A DNA stretch of 64,000 nt from Bugula neritina (lineage: Eukaryota; Animalia; Bryozoa). The notes beneath the pieces are model-generated. The model had not been told where the DNA came from and made no database searches. It saw only the letters and a program-made list of their open reading frames with translations. Below are positions 1 through 13,600 of the stretch, piece by piece (position 1 is the first letter of the stretch; each line of letters starts with the position of its first letter). Where the stretch lies: the NCBI GenBank assembly GCA_964035545.1, contig OZ037767.1, positions 15,194,998-15,258,997 of the forward strand. The letters run 5' to 3'. Both the position numbers and the translations under genes were made by a program.

Positions 1-409
1 ACCAACCGATGGAATTAGTTATAAAACTTCCCCCTCCCCTCTCCTGTACTGGAGTTACTATCACGGACCTGGACTTGCGCACAGGTGTGCTAACCATTAC
101 ACACCACAACTGCTTAGTTATCACTACACTACAGAGCAAGAATGTAATGACACACACTATGGTCTTAGCAGAAAAGTTAACTGAATTTACAGTCGTAGAA
201 AAATTCTGCAAATGTTTATTTTCGTTTTTTTTTTTCTTATTTCAATCTTTAGAAGTTATTTGTTGTTGCATTTCTTATATTCAACTATTATATACAATAA
301 AATCCACAATACTAGACTCTCATACTGGTTAGAAGATATGACAAGTTAGTTCAGAGTGATCAGTAATAATTTTTGCAGAAGCTTATTTCCAACGAAAATT
401 AGAGCAGCA

Positions 410-682
410 TGGAACATTTATAAGTTCAGCTTTGAATATAACTTAGTTCAGCATTGAGCATATCTAAGATCATCATTGAACAGAAAAAAGATTATCATTA
501 AACATATATAATATCACTATTGAGCATAAATAAGATCACCATTGAATATATATAAGCTCACCATTGAACATATATGATATCACTATTAAACATATATAAT
601 ATCACTATTGAGCATAAAGAAGATCACTATTGAAAATATGTAAGCTCACCATTGAACATATATAAGATCACCATTGAACATA
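410..682. repeat. ~22-bp tandem minisatellite (AAGATCACCATTGAACATATAT-like) with ~89-bp higher-order period; possibly subterminal repeats of the EnSpm-type end at 875
   Basis: About 12 degenerate copies are visible; the block starting at 502 recurs at 591. Confidence 0.85.
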
Positions 683-855
683 ATTTGGCTCATTGTGATA
701 AATACAAAGAATCAACTTCACAACTCTTTATATCAACATTGATCTAACATACTATTCACTGTGAACAGTACCTGACACTAATTTCTATTCACTGCTGGTC
801 AATTTAGGGATCCAAAAAACGAGAGGTTTTAGTTGTCAGCTTATGTTCACTCTAA

Positions 856-875
856 CACTAATATTTCTCTCTGTG
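856..875. mobile_element. Isolated terminus of an EnSpm/CACTA-family element
   Basis: CACTAATATTTCTCTCTGTG followed by TA is the exact reverse complement of 23001-23020 (CACAGAGAGAAATATTAGTG), the left end of the 11-kb EnSpm element. Confidence 0.6.
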
Positions 876-3537
876 TATATTGTAAATTTATAAGGCTTGC
901 ATTAGGAATAACGCAGCTAAAACATCATTTTCCTTAAAGTCTTAAAAATATATAAGTATAACATAATACACTATGCCAATAAACTTATTAAAGTACCAAG
1001 CAAGCTTAGCTAGTTTAAGAAAAATTACACTAGGTAAATTCCCATTATTTATAGAATGCTTGCTGATATTAGCTTTTGATGTAATTAAAGTAAATTATTA
1101 TTTATCTTTCTAGCTAAGGATTTCTTGCCGTAAGTTTTGCTTTTATGCATGGAGAAATGTCGTAACAAACGAGTTAAATTTTTATAGCACATAAAAATGT
1201 AATCTATAAGTCGAAGATATTTAAACTTAGCCATTAACTCATTTTAATTAGCAATGTAGCCTAAATCTAATACAATACAAAATATATACCAGTATATATA
1301 ATATATTTTTACCATGCTGTTAATTACAGTATTTGTAAAACAAATTTTATGCTCATTAATTAAATGCAACAAATATTTATAAAATACTAATAATGTTGAA
1401 TAAATAAATTCAATAATTCCTTTTCTATTTAAATGGCTGCATAATTTCTTGCAAGGTTGTATAAAGGAGTTGTGGCCCACAACTTATTATGTGTTCAATT
1501 GCCACATATGTCTTAGGAAGAAGAAAACTCCCCAAAAATTCTTGGTTTGAAAATTCTAGTATAATTAAAATCACTTAATATATGTCTTTGAAATGCATTT
1601 TGCCACTCTGCAAAGTTGCAGGAACAAATATTGCATGAAGTAATAAATGATTTATGAAGTAATTAACAAACCAATGTAAAAACTGTTGTTGTATATAGAA
1701 CACAACATATTGATTTTCTTCAATTTCCACATCAAATCTATATAATATTCAATTATATCTAACCAATGCTAATAAACTAAACATGCATGCATACAAATAT
1801 TTGCATCATATGCAAGTAATATTAGCTAATTAGCAACTATAGCATTTTTTTCATTATCTTTATTGCTTGCATATGTCTAAGTATTATTAAAATAAGGTTT
1901 TTATTTGCAACTTTGCACCACAAATTACATTAAATCTAAAAACTTGAGTTGTGACATGCATTAGGGCTACCTATACACAAATAGACCTTCATAAAACTCT
2001 CAATGATTTCATTCAACTCATGTATGCAAAAGTTTTGCATTAAAACAATTCTTCTAAATCACCCTAGAGCAGGAAATTATTACAAAAACAGCTTCTCATA
2101 TATAATCTTTCTCCAGAATAATTTTTTTTTCCTGTATTTAAACTAACTTAGCAAGTGAAGATTGTGATATCACTCAAGTAATCACATATATATTATTCAT
2201 AGCTGTAATACTTTAGCAATGAATAGATCATGTTTAATTTCCACTCTACCTAGCAGTTTTTCAGAATTATAGAGCTATGTATATCGTGAAATTGGAATAG
2301 CCTAATAGTTTTACATGTGTTTATAGCTAGACAAATTAACTTAAAAAGCTTACAATAATTAGATGATATTTGCATTCTTTTGAAGGTTATGGTGAAGCTA
2401 CTGCAAAACTGGCCATTAGTTTAGCATAATATGCAATGCCACGCAAAAGCATGCCAAACAAGCAATGTTTATTTACCTTACCAGTGCAATTTTATCACCT
2501 TAAACACAAAAGCAAGTATAAAATACACATCCATATTAGATTAACTGTCAAGTTAAAAAAAGACAACATATATTCATGAGCTGGTTCTGTTTGCACAAGT
2601 ACAATTTAGACCAGCTTATTATTTAGATTGCCACAAAAATATGACGTAAAATATGTCTTTAATCATTATTTTGATATTCACTGGTTGAAGATATTTTTTA
2701 TATCCTAATATGTAAATATTGTACATAAATCTTAAAAATTAACTAGGTGAATAAGGAAAACTGCTAATTTTATGAAACTGTTATGTTAATAAAGACAATG
2801 GCTATCAACAAATCCCACCAGACCGCAAACTAATTGTAAATACTAAAGCAATTATATAGTGCTATGTGTTGATCTAGCCTAGTCAATACACCACAAATAT
2901 GTATTATGACATACCACATTTTAAGTACTGAGTTACCATTTATTCTAATGGGTATTTGTTTAAACTGTTATATACAGCTTTTTGCACTACCAATATACAA
3001 GCCAGTTGTTATTCTGTCACTTTTTATCTACATCTCTTTTTAATGCCAGTTACTTGTTAGCTTCAGTACAAACAGCTAAACATTCTACTCTACAGCCAAT
3101 CTTACTGTTAACTCTTGTTTAACAATATTACAAGAATCTAAAAATTTGAGTGTGTTTTAAGTATAATATTCTATCATTATAACTTTTAAATGAAACAATA
3201 ATATGATAAATGCATTATAACTTTCTGAAAAGTTTTTTTGCAAAGTATATGTTTTTGGAAAATAGTTTTACAACATTTGCTAGGAGCATTATATTTATTC
3301 CTATCTAAAATAATTTTGTTTGAACTGCTATGTTTGTAATCATGTAATCAGAAGTAAAGCATCAGTAAAATGAGTATAAGTAGAAGCTTGACAGCTACAT
3401 TAGGCATTGCTACATAGTACATAAATATATGGCCATATTAAATACTTAGCTGCATTCACAGATAAATGCATGGCTTGGAATTACAATACCATGAATACAT
3501 TATTTATTTAGCTGGGTAACTATACAATTATGCCAAA

Positions 3538-3816
3538 GTGAAAAGCTTTTGGTTATTAATGCCTGAAATGTCTAACAATCTACTTGGGAGACCACCTTGT
3601 TGTTACAGAGTGAATGAGTTATTTGTTTGGCATTTGGATGATGGCACAAAGAAAGGCTATTTGGTTTGTTACTTGAGACTAGTAGCAAACTGCTACAGTC
3701 ATAGCATCTTAGAAGATTTTGCATCACTTGCTAGAATTGTACATTATTTTAATGTAGCTATTGAAATTAATATCGCACTGAAAACACAGTATTGCAAAAT
3801 CTTAAGCTGTACATAA
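3538..3816 (+). mobile_element. Possible highly decayed reverse transcriptase fragment (CRE-like non-LTR retrotransposon)
   Basis: The ORF contains NELFVWHLDDGT, resembling the ELNxWYLDDGT RT motif of CRE-clade elements. A KTAASVI stretch near 5173-5193 loosely resembles their C-terminal GNAASVL. Little other support. Confidence 0.3.
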
Positions 3817-5259
3817 TTATATTATGCATCAAAAAGTACTTCTGCTATTCGACTATCCCAGGTTTATTTTAAACTAGCACTGCCAAAGTGCCTTGACTCT
3901 ATTACAGTGTTTACTGGCTAATTTTGTTCTTCTCAATAGTGAAATAGATCTATTGCAAGAAATTAATGACTAGATATAACAATAATGATTTTTAGGCAAG
4001 ACTTTCGCATCTATATTGCTCATCTGCTAGCTTGAAATACCCCTCTCCTTGGACTAATCTCAGGCTTTTCATTGTTGTTTAAACAGTTTTTAAACTCCTA
4101 TTTCAATAAATCATTACCAACACTGCCTGCATGTATTAATATTCATTAGTGCCATCAATGCACTGTGGAGACAGCACCTGATGTTCTGTATATTACATTA
4201 TAGTACAGAGATACTAAATCCAAAACATCTAAAATAATTGATGATTCTACCAGATTTTTAGCACACCTATAATATGTATTCCTGTAGTAAATATTAATAA
4301 GATGTTTTAACTGATAATTTTTATGCCATTATAATAGTTTGATACTATAACTACAACTTGAAACTCCTTAACCAGCACATTGGTTAGTAATATTGCTTCT
4401 TGATACTTAATTGCTGGTTCACAAACTATCAATAATAGGGATGCATATCAAAACTTGACTGCATTCATAATATGATTTTAATGCTAGGTAATGACTAAGC
4501 ATGTCTGGTTGATATGAGGTGACTATTTTGTACACTGTTTAACAACATCAGCTTTTTGGGTTTATTTAAAGCATCTGCAAATCTGTATTATACATAATTA
4601 CTGTTAGGGCCAATTAATTAAATTGTTAACCCTGAAATGCTTTTTACACTGTAATACTAAGTAGTAAAAGACATGTATATATATATAAACTGATTGTAAT
4701 TTATACATAACATTGTACATTTAAAAAAAATCACAAAATACATAATTTATTAGCTAAATTTCAAGGCATTTTGTAGGTAGTGGGTTAATGTCAATAAAGT
4801 AGAATCCGGGAAGTTGAGTAGCTTTATTCAAGAGGAAGGCTCTCCAACAGTTCTACCAAAGCCTAAATAACATGTATAAAATAAAGGTTATATGCCCAAT
4901 TTTTTTTCCAAAACAGCCTGCAACTGTTTTGCTATTGCATATGCCCTATGCCATTCATCAAGTGGAACAATTTTAACCAGGATATCTAGAAAAGTTGACA
5001 CAAGGGCTTTATAAACTATGTAACAGTAAAACTGTGAGTAGTAATTAATTGACACTAATGAATAATGCTTTAGGTGCTGGCAACAACCATAAAAGAAAAG
5101 TTATATAACAAACAAATAGAAAAAGCACTAAACAAATCAACAGCATTATATACAATTGGGGCACATACATGAAAACAGCAGCTAGTGTCATTTTCTTAAG
5201 ACAGCACTATTTTAGGTGTAAATTTAAGAAGTATTAGAAAATGCAGAAATTTACTGCAA

Positions 5260-5660
5260 TTGGTTCATTTTATTTAAGTTAGTACATACTGAAGATCTCA
5301 AGTTTTTGCTAATGAACATGAGTTTTGGCCCGAAACTAAAAAAATATCAATAAATACACCTAGATAATCAAGGCTCTTTTTAAATTTCTTTGATTTCCTA
5401 TGCTTTTTTCTAATTACAGCAACTTCTGACTGGGGATCGCCACGGTTAGTTTGTAACAGTAGGCAATCCAAATGAAATGAATAAATAGGAAAAAACATGA
5501 GAAATCATGCAAAATTAAGAAGAACCTTGATTATTTAGGTGTATTTCTTGATGTCTCACTAATTTTAAGCAAAAAGCATTGTTCATTAGCAGCTAAATTG
5601 TAAAAATGGCTAAAAACTGCAGATTTCCAGTGTGTACTAAATTAAATAAAAGGACTCAAT
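5260..5660. mobile_element. Degenerate foldback/MITE-like inverted repeat with ~160-bp arms
   Basis: TAAATACACCTAGATAATCAAGG (5351) pairs with CCTTGATTATTTAGGTGTATTT (5525). TTTATTTAAGTTAGTACATACTG pairs with CAGTGTGTACTAAATTAAATAAA. Confidence 0.7.
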
Positions 5661-7724
5661 CACCTTTGCAACATAATTCAATAATTGCATGGTCAAGCAG
5701 AATAAACTACAATTAACAGCAACAACAGTGTAATAGTTGCGTAGAAAAGTTGTACAGCAAAAAACTAAAAGAATGCAAAATCTATAAATGTGTGCTACCA
5801 AGTAAATGCTGAACAGACATCATGAAATAGTGTACGAAATACAAACTATTAAACTTACCTGTTGATCTAATGCAGCCAAAACCTTAAGCTTAGAGTAGTG
5901 GAATGGTGCTGTTCGATGTTGATATGCTACAAATAGCTAAGATGACTCAAATTCTTGCCTTTAGGAGTAAGAGGCCTCAGCTCAGTTTCAACAAAACTTC
6001 CAATAATCTCAACGGATGCGCTCAATTAGGAGCCACAACAAAGCACACCCATGTCATTTTAGTAAACTCTAAAAAATGAACGGAAATAAAACTGTTAGAG
6101 AGTAAACAGAGAAACATATAGTGATGGGGGAAAAACCTGTCAGCAAAGGTTATATACACTCATAGTCATAACACGAAGAAAAAGATAATGAATAACAAGC
6201 TATTCAAGATGACACAAGAAACCAAACAAATTTCTTTGACTAAAAAATATAATTAAATACTATATTACTTGGCAAAAAATATTCGTTTTGAACAACATAT
6301 TATTGGGAAGAATTGCCAGTGTCTTAAATTTTGAGATTAAAGTTTCTGCCTTATAGCGGAAATAGAGAGGCAATCAATAGTGTACAAAACATGTTTTCAG
6401 TCATTGGCTGTTGACTAAATTGACAAAGGTAAAGAAAGCTTCCATATCATTATTTATTTTGTTCTCAAGTGTGTGGTTACAGTTTCATGAGTCAGAAATA
6501 TAATTATTTGAGATATGAAATCAAATGTAGTCAAAAGAGTGTCATACAATTTAAAATGTAGTAATAGAGCTTTGACAATAATTTCTTCTGCTAAGTAAAA
6601 CAGGTACCATTATGTGCTACTTATCTTTTAGAGATGAACATCAAGGATGTTGAAAACAAAATAGTTGTAAATTACAGCAAATACCTTTCTACTTACCTAA
6701 CCAGAGAAAATAAGTTTTCAACCTTGCATGCACTCAGCTGGTTTTCAATGTTTGGATCAGTGACATCTTTATAACTGATAGCAGCATTATGTGATAGCTT
6801 TAGGAATTGTTACCTTAAATCTAAATTATATAGAACAAGAAGTGCAAAAATATGGCATTAGTACTCATTGCACAATACACACTTGCTAGGGTAGCTAATC
6901 TAGCATCACATTAATTTAAGAAAGACAAAATTTTATTACTGTTCACAAACGATGAATATTAAAATTTGAATAATTAGACAAATTAACAATGATATTGATG
7001 TTAGTTCAAACATTACTAATGGTAAACACCAAAATACTAATAGGAATAGTCATGTTAACATCAATTAGAAAAGTAAAGATAATTTGAAAATGAGACAGTT
7101 TATAGGTCTAACTCTTGTAGTTGACAAGCAATTACAGGGCAGTCATATTGATGTAGGCTACCCTCAAAATGTAGCACTTTAAAAATATTAAAAAGACAGC
7201 ACATATAAGAACATAATCTTAAAAATAGGCATATGTGACACCTATATTTTGATTAACAAAGAAATCTTCTTTACTTTATTAATCTAGCTCATATAATGGT
7301 ATTCTGTCTTAGTATGTTATTTTAATACTTGAAATCTAATCAGCTACAGAAAAGTACTTCAATTCAAAGGCCTTCATAATTATTCTTTAGTTTGCTATTT
7401 AAATAGACAGTAAGGTTGATGAATAAAATAAAAGTTAGTAAAGTAAAAACTAAATAAATTGAGAATAATATCTCCACTCTAAGGTTATAATCCTTATAAA
7501 TTAACATTTTAATACTCCTGTTATCCTTAGGTATAGTTGTTAGCAATTTAACTATGAGCTCGAAGCCAAATGTCAGTATCAGCATCCCATTACATTGACT
7601 AAGACTGACTTTATAACCCTCAAGCTGTGGCACTCAATTTCTATAAGTAGTAACTAATAACAAATATAAAATTATTTATTTGCTACTGATAGTGATAATA
7701 ATAATAATTAAAATTAATAATATG

Positions 7725-10640
7725 ATCCATTAAAATAGAACTAATAAAGCCAACGACGTTAATGGTATGTCTAACTAAACATGGCATGTCTCGTCTGGCA
7801 GTGGGTATGTGGAGGGCCAGGTAACCTACGGCCGTCAACCCGTTACTGGCACAACTAGAAGAAGATACTCAAGAGAAGACAACAAAGTTGTCATGGAATG
7901 CTGCTTCAAAAGTACACCCAAATTGAGAGGTTATAGAAAAACAATGTATGAGCTCTGTAGACCGGGATTAAAGAATTATTTAAAAAGAATGTGCAAACGC
8001 TGGAAAAAAGAGGAGAGTTTAACATCAGCGAATAGAGACTAGCGGATTAAGCAAGAACTATGAAGAAACACAAGCATTTTATGGAAGAAGAACTCCATAA
8101 GATTGAAGAAGGAACCTTGCAAGAACTAGGCACATCAATTGGTGAAGAAGATAATGAAGAGATAAATTTGCAAATAGAGGATGTTATAGTACAACATGAG
8201 ATAGCATATAAATCAGCCATGAGAACTTTAAGAGTACCTAGTTCAGAGTAACAAACTATCTAATGATCGACCAACACTAAGAGCCCTTAGGCACATTGAG
8301 AGGGTCAAATTACTACAGGCAGTAAAACAGATTATTGATGTGCTAAACTGTGTTGAGATTATTAATACCATTGAGCTTAATAACACCCTTATGGCTTGTG
8401 CGAAAAATAGTAACAGAACAAGTGTGTAACAAAAAGGAAAAAGAAAAACTGACAATGTACAAGTATGGAAAATACGACTGCAGAAGAAATAAAAAAAAAT
8501 TAGATCAGACTTAAGTAAAATAGCAGAGTGAAAAAGTAGAGCTTACAATGATTCATTGAGAAGAATGGTTGAAGAAAAATATAGGATAAAGAACAAAGAG
8601 TGTGGTGTAGTGATTGAAAAACTGAAGCAAAACCTGAGAGCTGTAAGCCAGAAGATAAACAGATATACAGAATGAGTTGATCAATATAATCAGAACACAA
8701 TGTTTACAATGATAAGCGCTTTTATCAAGAATTACGAGGAAATGAATGTACATCTAAAGAGGCACCTGACAAGGAAATCAAAAGCATTCTGATAAAATAT
8801 ATGAGGTCATCCAACTAAAAATAATACCAATGCAGAATGACTAAATAAAGTTAGCAACAAATTGGAGCATATGTAAAGACAAGGAAATTAGATCTTAGAA
8901 ACGATGCAAACAACTGGAATAGCAATTAATGTCATAAGGTTGATAAGAAAAAGCATGAAACCTGGAAAACACAACTGAAATACCTGGAAGAAAAGATAGG
9001 AGAAATAAAGATCAAACTAAGAATTTTCCAAGGAGACTCTTTATCTCTATCCCTTTTCTCCAACTACCGATTCGCATGACAGAAGCGGCTCCATGATGCA
9101 AATTTCGACGAGACAGAAAACAAACCATCTCCTATATGTGGATGACCTGAAGGTAAATAGGAAATCAAAGTCAGAACTGGAAGCTTTGGTAAACACTGCC
9201 GGGATCTTCACAAGGAATATAGAAATGAAATTTGGATTAAAAAATGTGCCACACTGGTTATGAGAAAGGGAAAGAAAATCAAGGACACAGGAATCAGTTT
9301 GCCTGATGAACAGCTAATCAAAGATCTGGGTGAGAAGCCGTATAAATATCTAGGAGTTCTTGAGATTGATAGAATACAAATATATGAAATGAAAAATAAG
9401 ATCAAGGAGTACTACAAACAAATAAGAAAAGTTCTGGATTCAAAACTGAATGGTGAGAACACAATCAAAGCAATAAACACATGGGCAGTAACAGCAGTGC
9501 ATTACACAGCTAGAATACTTGACTGAACTGTTTCATGAGCTAAAAAATATGGACTGAAAGACAAGGAAGCTAATGACAACAAACCGTGCACCCTATCCGA
9601 GAGCAGATGTAGGCAGGCTGTATTTTAGCAGAAGGGAAGGCGGTAGAAGAATGTTGTCAACTGAAAAATGCATAAAGATTGAAAACTGCAGCATGTCAGA
9701 CTACAGAAATATAACATAGACTGATAGAAACACCACACTGAATACCTTCCTAAAAGACAAAACGGCGGTAGAACTAAATAATGATAAAGTGATAGAAAGA
9801 ACTGATGAGTGTTAAGAAAAGCTTCACGTGGTCAATACATCAAAACGGTGGAAGACATGAAAGCATTTTCCTGGAACTGGTTGAAGTATGGTTGGCTGAA
9901 AAAGGAAACAGAAGGACTGCTGACAGCTGCGCAAGATCAACTATTCACTACTAGAAATTATAAAGTGGCTATGAGAGAACAGGGTAGCAAGAAGTGTGGA
10001 ATGTGTAACGCAAGAGACAAAACTTCGATGCACGTATTGAGTGAGTTTGAGAAGGTAGCAGAAGGAGAATATAAGAAAAAACACAACCTTTTGGCATTGA
10101 TAATTTCAATAGTAGTTGTGTGAACTTCGTGGGTTTCAGAAAAGTAAGAATTAGTACGGCCATCAAGCAGAATCAGTACTGAAAAATGATAATGTAAAAA
10201 CCTTGTAAGATTTTAACATACACACTGACGTAGTCATCAAAGTTAGGAGACCCGATATATTAGTAGTTGACAAGCATAATGCTGAAACAACGATAATTGA
10301 TATCACAGTCCCTGTTAACTACAGAGTAAAAGAAAAAAATTCGAAAAGTTAGGAAAATATCAGAATTTAGCACTAGAATAAACCCGCCTTTGGAAAACAT
10401 AAAAAAAGTCATCCCGTTGTAACTGGAGCCTTTGGAGCTTTATACAAGATTGTAGACTGGCTGACACTACTTGGAGTAGCTGAAAACAAATGCTCATTAA
10501 TTCAGCAGACACCCTTACTAGGATCAGGATAAGCTCACATCCTGAGGAAAGTTCTATCCATTTCAACCTAGTATAACTAGGCCAATGGTAAAAGTTTACA
10601 CCAGCTAAAAAACTACGGTCAATCAACAATAATAATAATA
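7725..10640 (+). mobile_element. Decayed, internally deleted R4/Dong-clade non-LTR retrotransposon (RT, CCHC knuckle, restriction-like endonuclease)
   Basis: Frameshifted fragments in the expected order: RRRYSREDNKVVMEC..GYRKTM; IFQGDSLS; NHLLYVDDLK (~9123-9152); FGLKKCATLVMRKGK; YKYLGVLE; SKLNGENTIKAINTWAV; WLKYGWLKKETEGLLTAAQDQ; CGMC..HVLS; DFNIHTD..RRPDILVVDK..IIDITVP; KYQNLALE. Flanked by (TAA/AAT)n runs at ~7696-7721 and ~10628-10640. Confidence 0.9.
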
Positions 10641-10699
10641 TACAACTATATTAGTGCAGTTGGTTCTATTATTAGATTAGCATATCGATTATGACTTTT

Positions 10700-13600
10700 C
10701 AATTGCCACCCTGATACTATGAGTAAAATGTACAAGCATACGTGAAAGTATAGATATGATCATAAGTATAAAAATAGGTATAAGTATAAATATAAATATA
10801 GGCACAAGTATAAAACGAATGATTATATTATTAATAATATTAGTCAGTGATACCTATAACCGTAATGGTTTTTAGACTTACAGTTATCATTAACATTAGC
10901 TGAGTAATATGATTAGTTAAAATAATGGTATTCATTAATATATCATAGTTATAAGTTATAACTCTAGTCTCTAAAGAGCAACAGCAAGTGTAATTGGGAT
11001 ATTCATATTAAATTTCATATTCACATAGTGCAATGTTTATGTTATGAACTAATTTATTCCTTCAACATTTAACTATAAATATGATTAACACTAACTTTGA
11101 CCAGCAGTATTACTAAAAGAAGCGTATTACACATATAAGATAATAAAATTCTAGTAGTGGGACTAATAGTATTACTAGGTCCGGTATTATTCTTGTTATC
11201 TTATTCATCATTCATGAGTTATCAAATTTAAAATTACTACTTATTAGCATCAGCATATAAAAAGTAAGATCATTAGGAATAATTATTATGAGGTATGATC
11301 TATGATTTGCATTATCCATATATAGTTTAATACCAATATGATATATTATTATTGCTGATAGTCTATGTTATAGTTAAATTTATACTTATCTTTACAGTTA
11401 CCTATAGTAGCACTTATTAGTTATTTGTGGTAGCCAAACTAATGTTTAATATTAATAAATTAAACTGAGTATCATAAAAGTGTTACTAAGAATTTTAATT
11501 ATAATCGTAATGGTGATCATATTACTTTATTATAATTATTATATTTTATCACTAATGCTAAACTGAGTTAATGTATATACTTTGAGTTTTACTATTACTC
11601 ATTATATTTACACTTATAGTAAAACTAAATATGTAAAAGTTATACTTATACTATTATTATTCGTATTTCATTAGACTTACATCTAAGATCGCAGTCCTAT
11701 TACTACTACCACTGATACTAGTACTACAACTAGTACTAGTACTACTACTACTACTACTAATAGTACTGTTACTACTACTACTACTAGTACTACTACTAGG
11801 TCTACTACTAGTACTACTACTAGGTCTACTACTGTACTAGTACAACTACAAACTTTGAAAATAACTGCAAGAAAGGTATGACTTACTCTTTTTCTTACTC
11901 TTACTGTGACTCTCAGTCGTAATGTAAAATAAAATTGTGAACTGTAAAGTTAAACCCAAGGCTGAAATTTATTTAATTAAATTTAGACAATCTGAATCAT
12001 TGGCTCAATCCTTGAGTTTGACTATTACTATTATTATTAGTGTTACGATTGTGATTATCATTGGCATTATGCCATTATCATTATGATTGTAATTGTGGTA
12101 ATTCTAACATTAATTATAATCATAAATTAAAAGGTAATGATTAATGATAATTATTTTCATTTTGTAATCATAATGATAATCATAATGATGTAAATTTTGA
12201 TGTAAAACCAAAATACTAAAACTAAAAGTAATAGTTATAAAATTAAATGATAAAATATTATAATTATTATGATAATTATTATATTTATTATATTATTATT
12301 GAATATATTATTTCATTAGAAAATAGGTTGCAGCTTAGCATGATTAAAATTCAGTAAAAATTAGTTTACTAACAGCAAACATGCATGCGTCTTGTCAACA
12401 TTCAATTCGTAGTGCCATAGCGAAGCCAGATTACTGGTAGTACGACTACTAGAACTACTACTACTAGTGATGGATTACAGATCCTTGGCGATTTTAGCTG
12501 TGAGTGACCTTCACCTCACATTCTCGTCATGCGCGCGGCATTAGACTAAGTAGAGGGTATAAAGCACTGAGCTGGAAAAGAAATAATATATTTTAATTAT
12601 AGGTAATACTAATAGTAATATAATTTATGGTAATATATAGGTAATATTATTGAGTTCATTGGTATGGAGTATAGACCTATCACTGATAGTATCAGTATCA
12701 ACTACTACTTACGTACTACTTCAACTTATAACTTACCTTCAACTCAAACTGCTTGGAATCATTTGTCTTTGACCATATTGGCATTGTCATTGTGATTGTA
12801 ATAACTATTAATATTTTTAGTTCAACATCAATGCCGAACATATTGTAATAACTAATAAGATAACCATAAGGTTGATATATTTTGCTAATACTAATACTAA
12901 TAGTAATAGTTATAGTAATAGTTATAGTAATAGTAATTCAGTGTCACTCTCACTCTGGTGGAGTGAGACTCAGACTTAGAGTTAGAGACAGAGTGAGTCC
13001 GAGTAAGTCTGAGTGTTGGTAATAGTAATAGTCATATGAATTTAAATTATATTTACCTATTTCTAGCAATCACAATGGCAATAGTTATAGTAACTTTCAC
13101 TTACTCTTAAATCATTGAACCTGAACTAAAAGTAAAATTAAGCATTATGATTATCATTATCATTATGATTATACCTATGGTTTTATTATGTTTAAATTAA
13201 AAATCAATATCATGATAATATCATAGTGATAGAAATATTATTGATAAATGATAATATAAAAGTAATTTGATAAATTATACATTGATTTTGAATTAAGGTG
13301 ATACTGATACTAGACCGGTACTGAAAGTGATAGTAGGCTAATACTAATAGTAATAGTAATAGTCATATAAATTTAAGTTATATTTACTCATTACCGGCAA
13401 TCACAATGGCAATAGTAACTTAAACTGTAAAAGTAATGGTATGGGTATGTTTGAAATTGTCACTATCAATATTGCTATGAATCAAAATATAATGCTATCA
13501 TACCAATAATTTAAAATAGTATTACAAAGCTTCAGTAGCAACTTTTACTTGTACCAGTTTGGAATTTTGAATTATACATATTCTTAGTTAAAGTCTTCAA

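Noticed and set aside
410-682. Possible CRISPR-like array
   Set aside because: Units are contiguous and degenerate, with no unique spacers and no cas genes, in a eukaryotic context.
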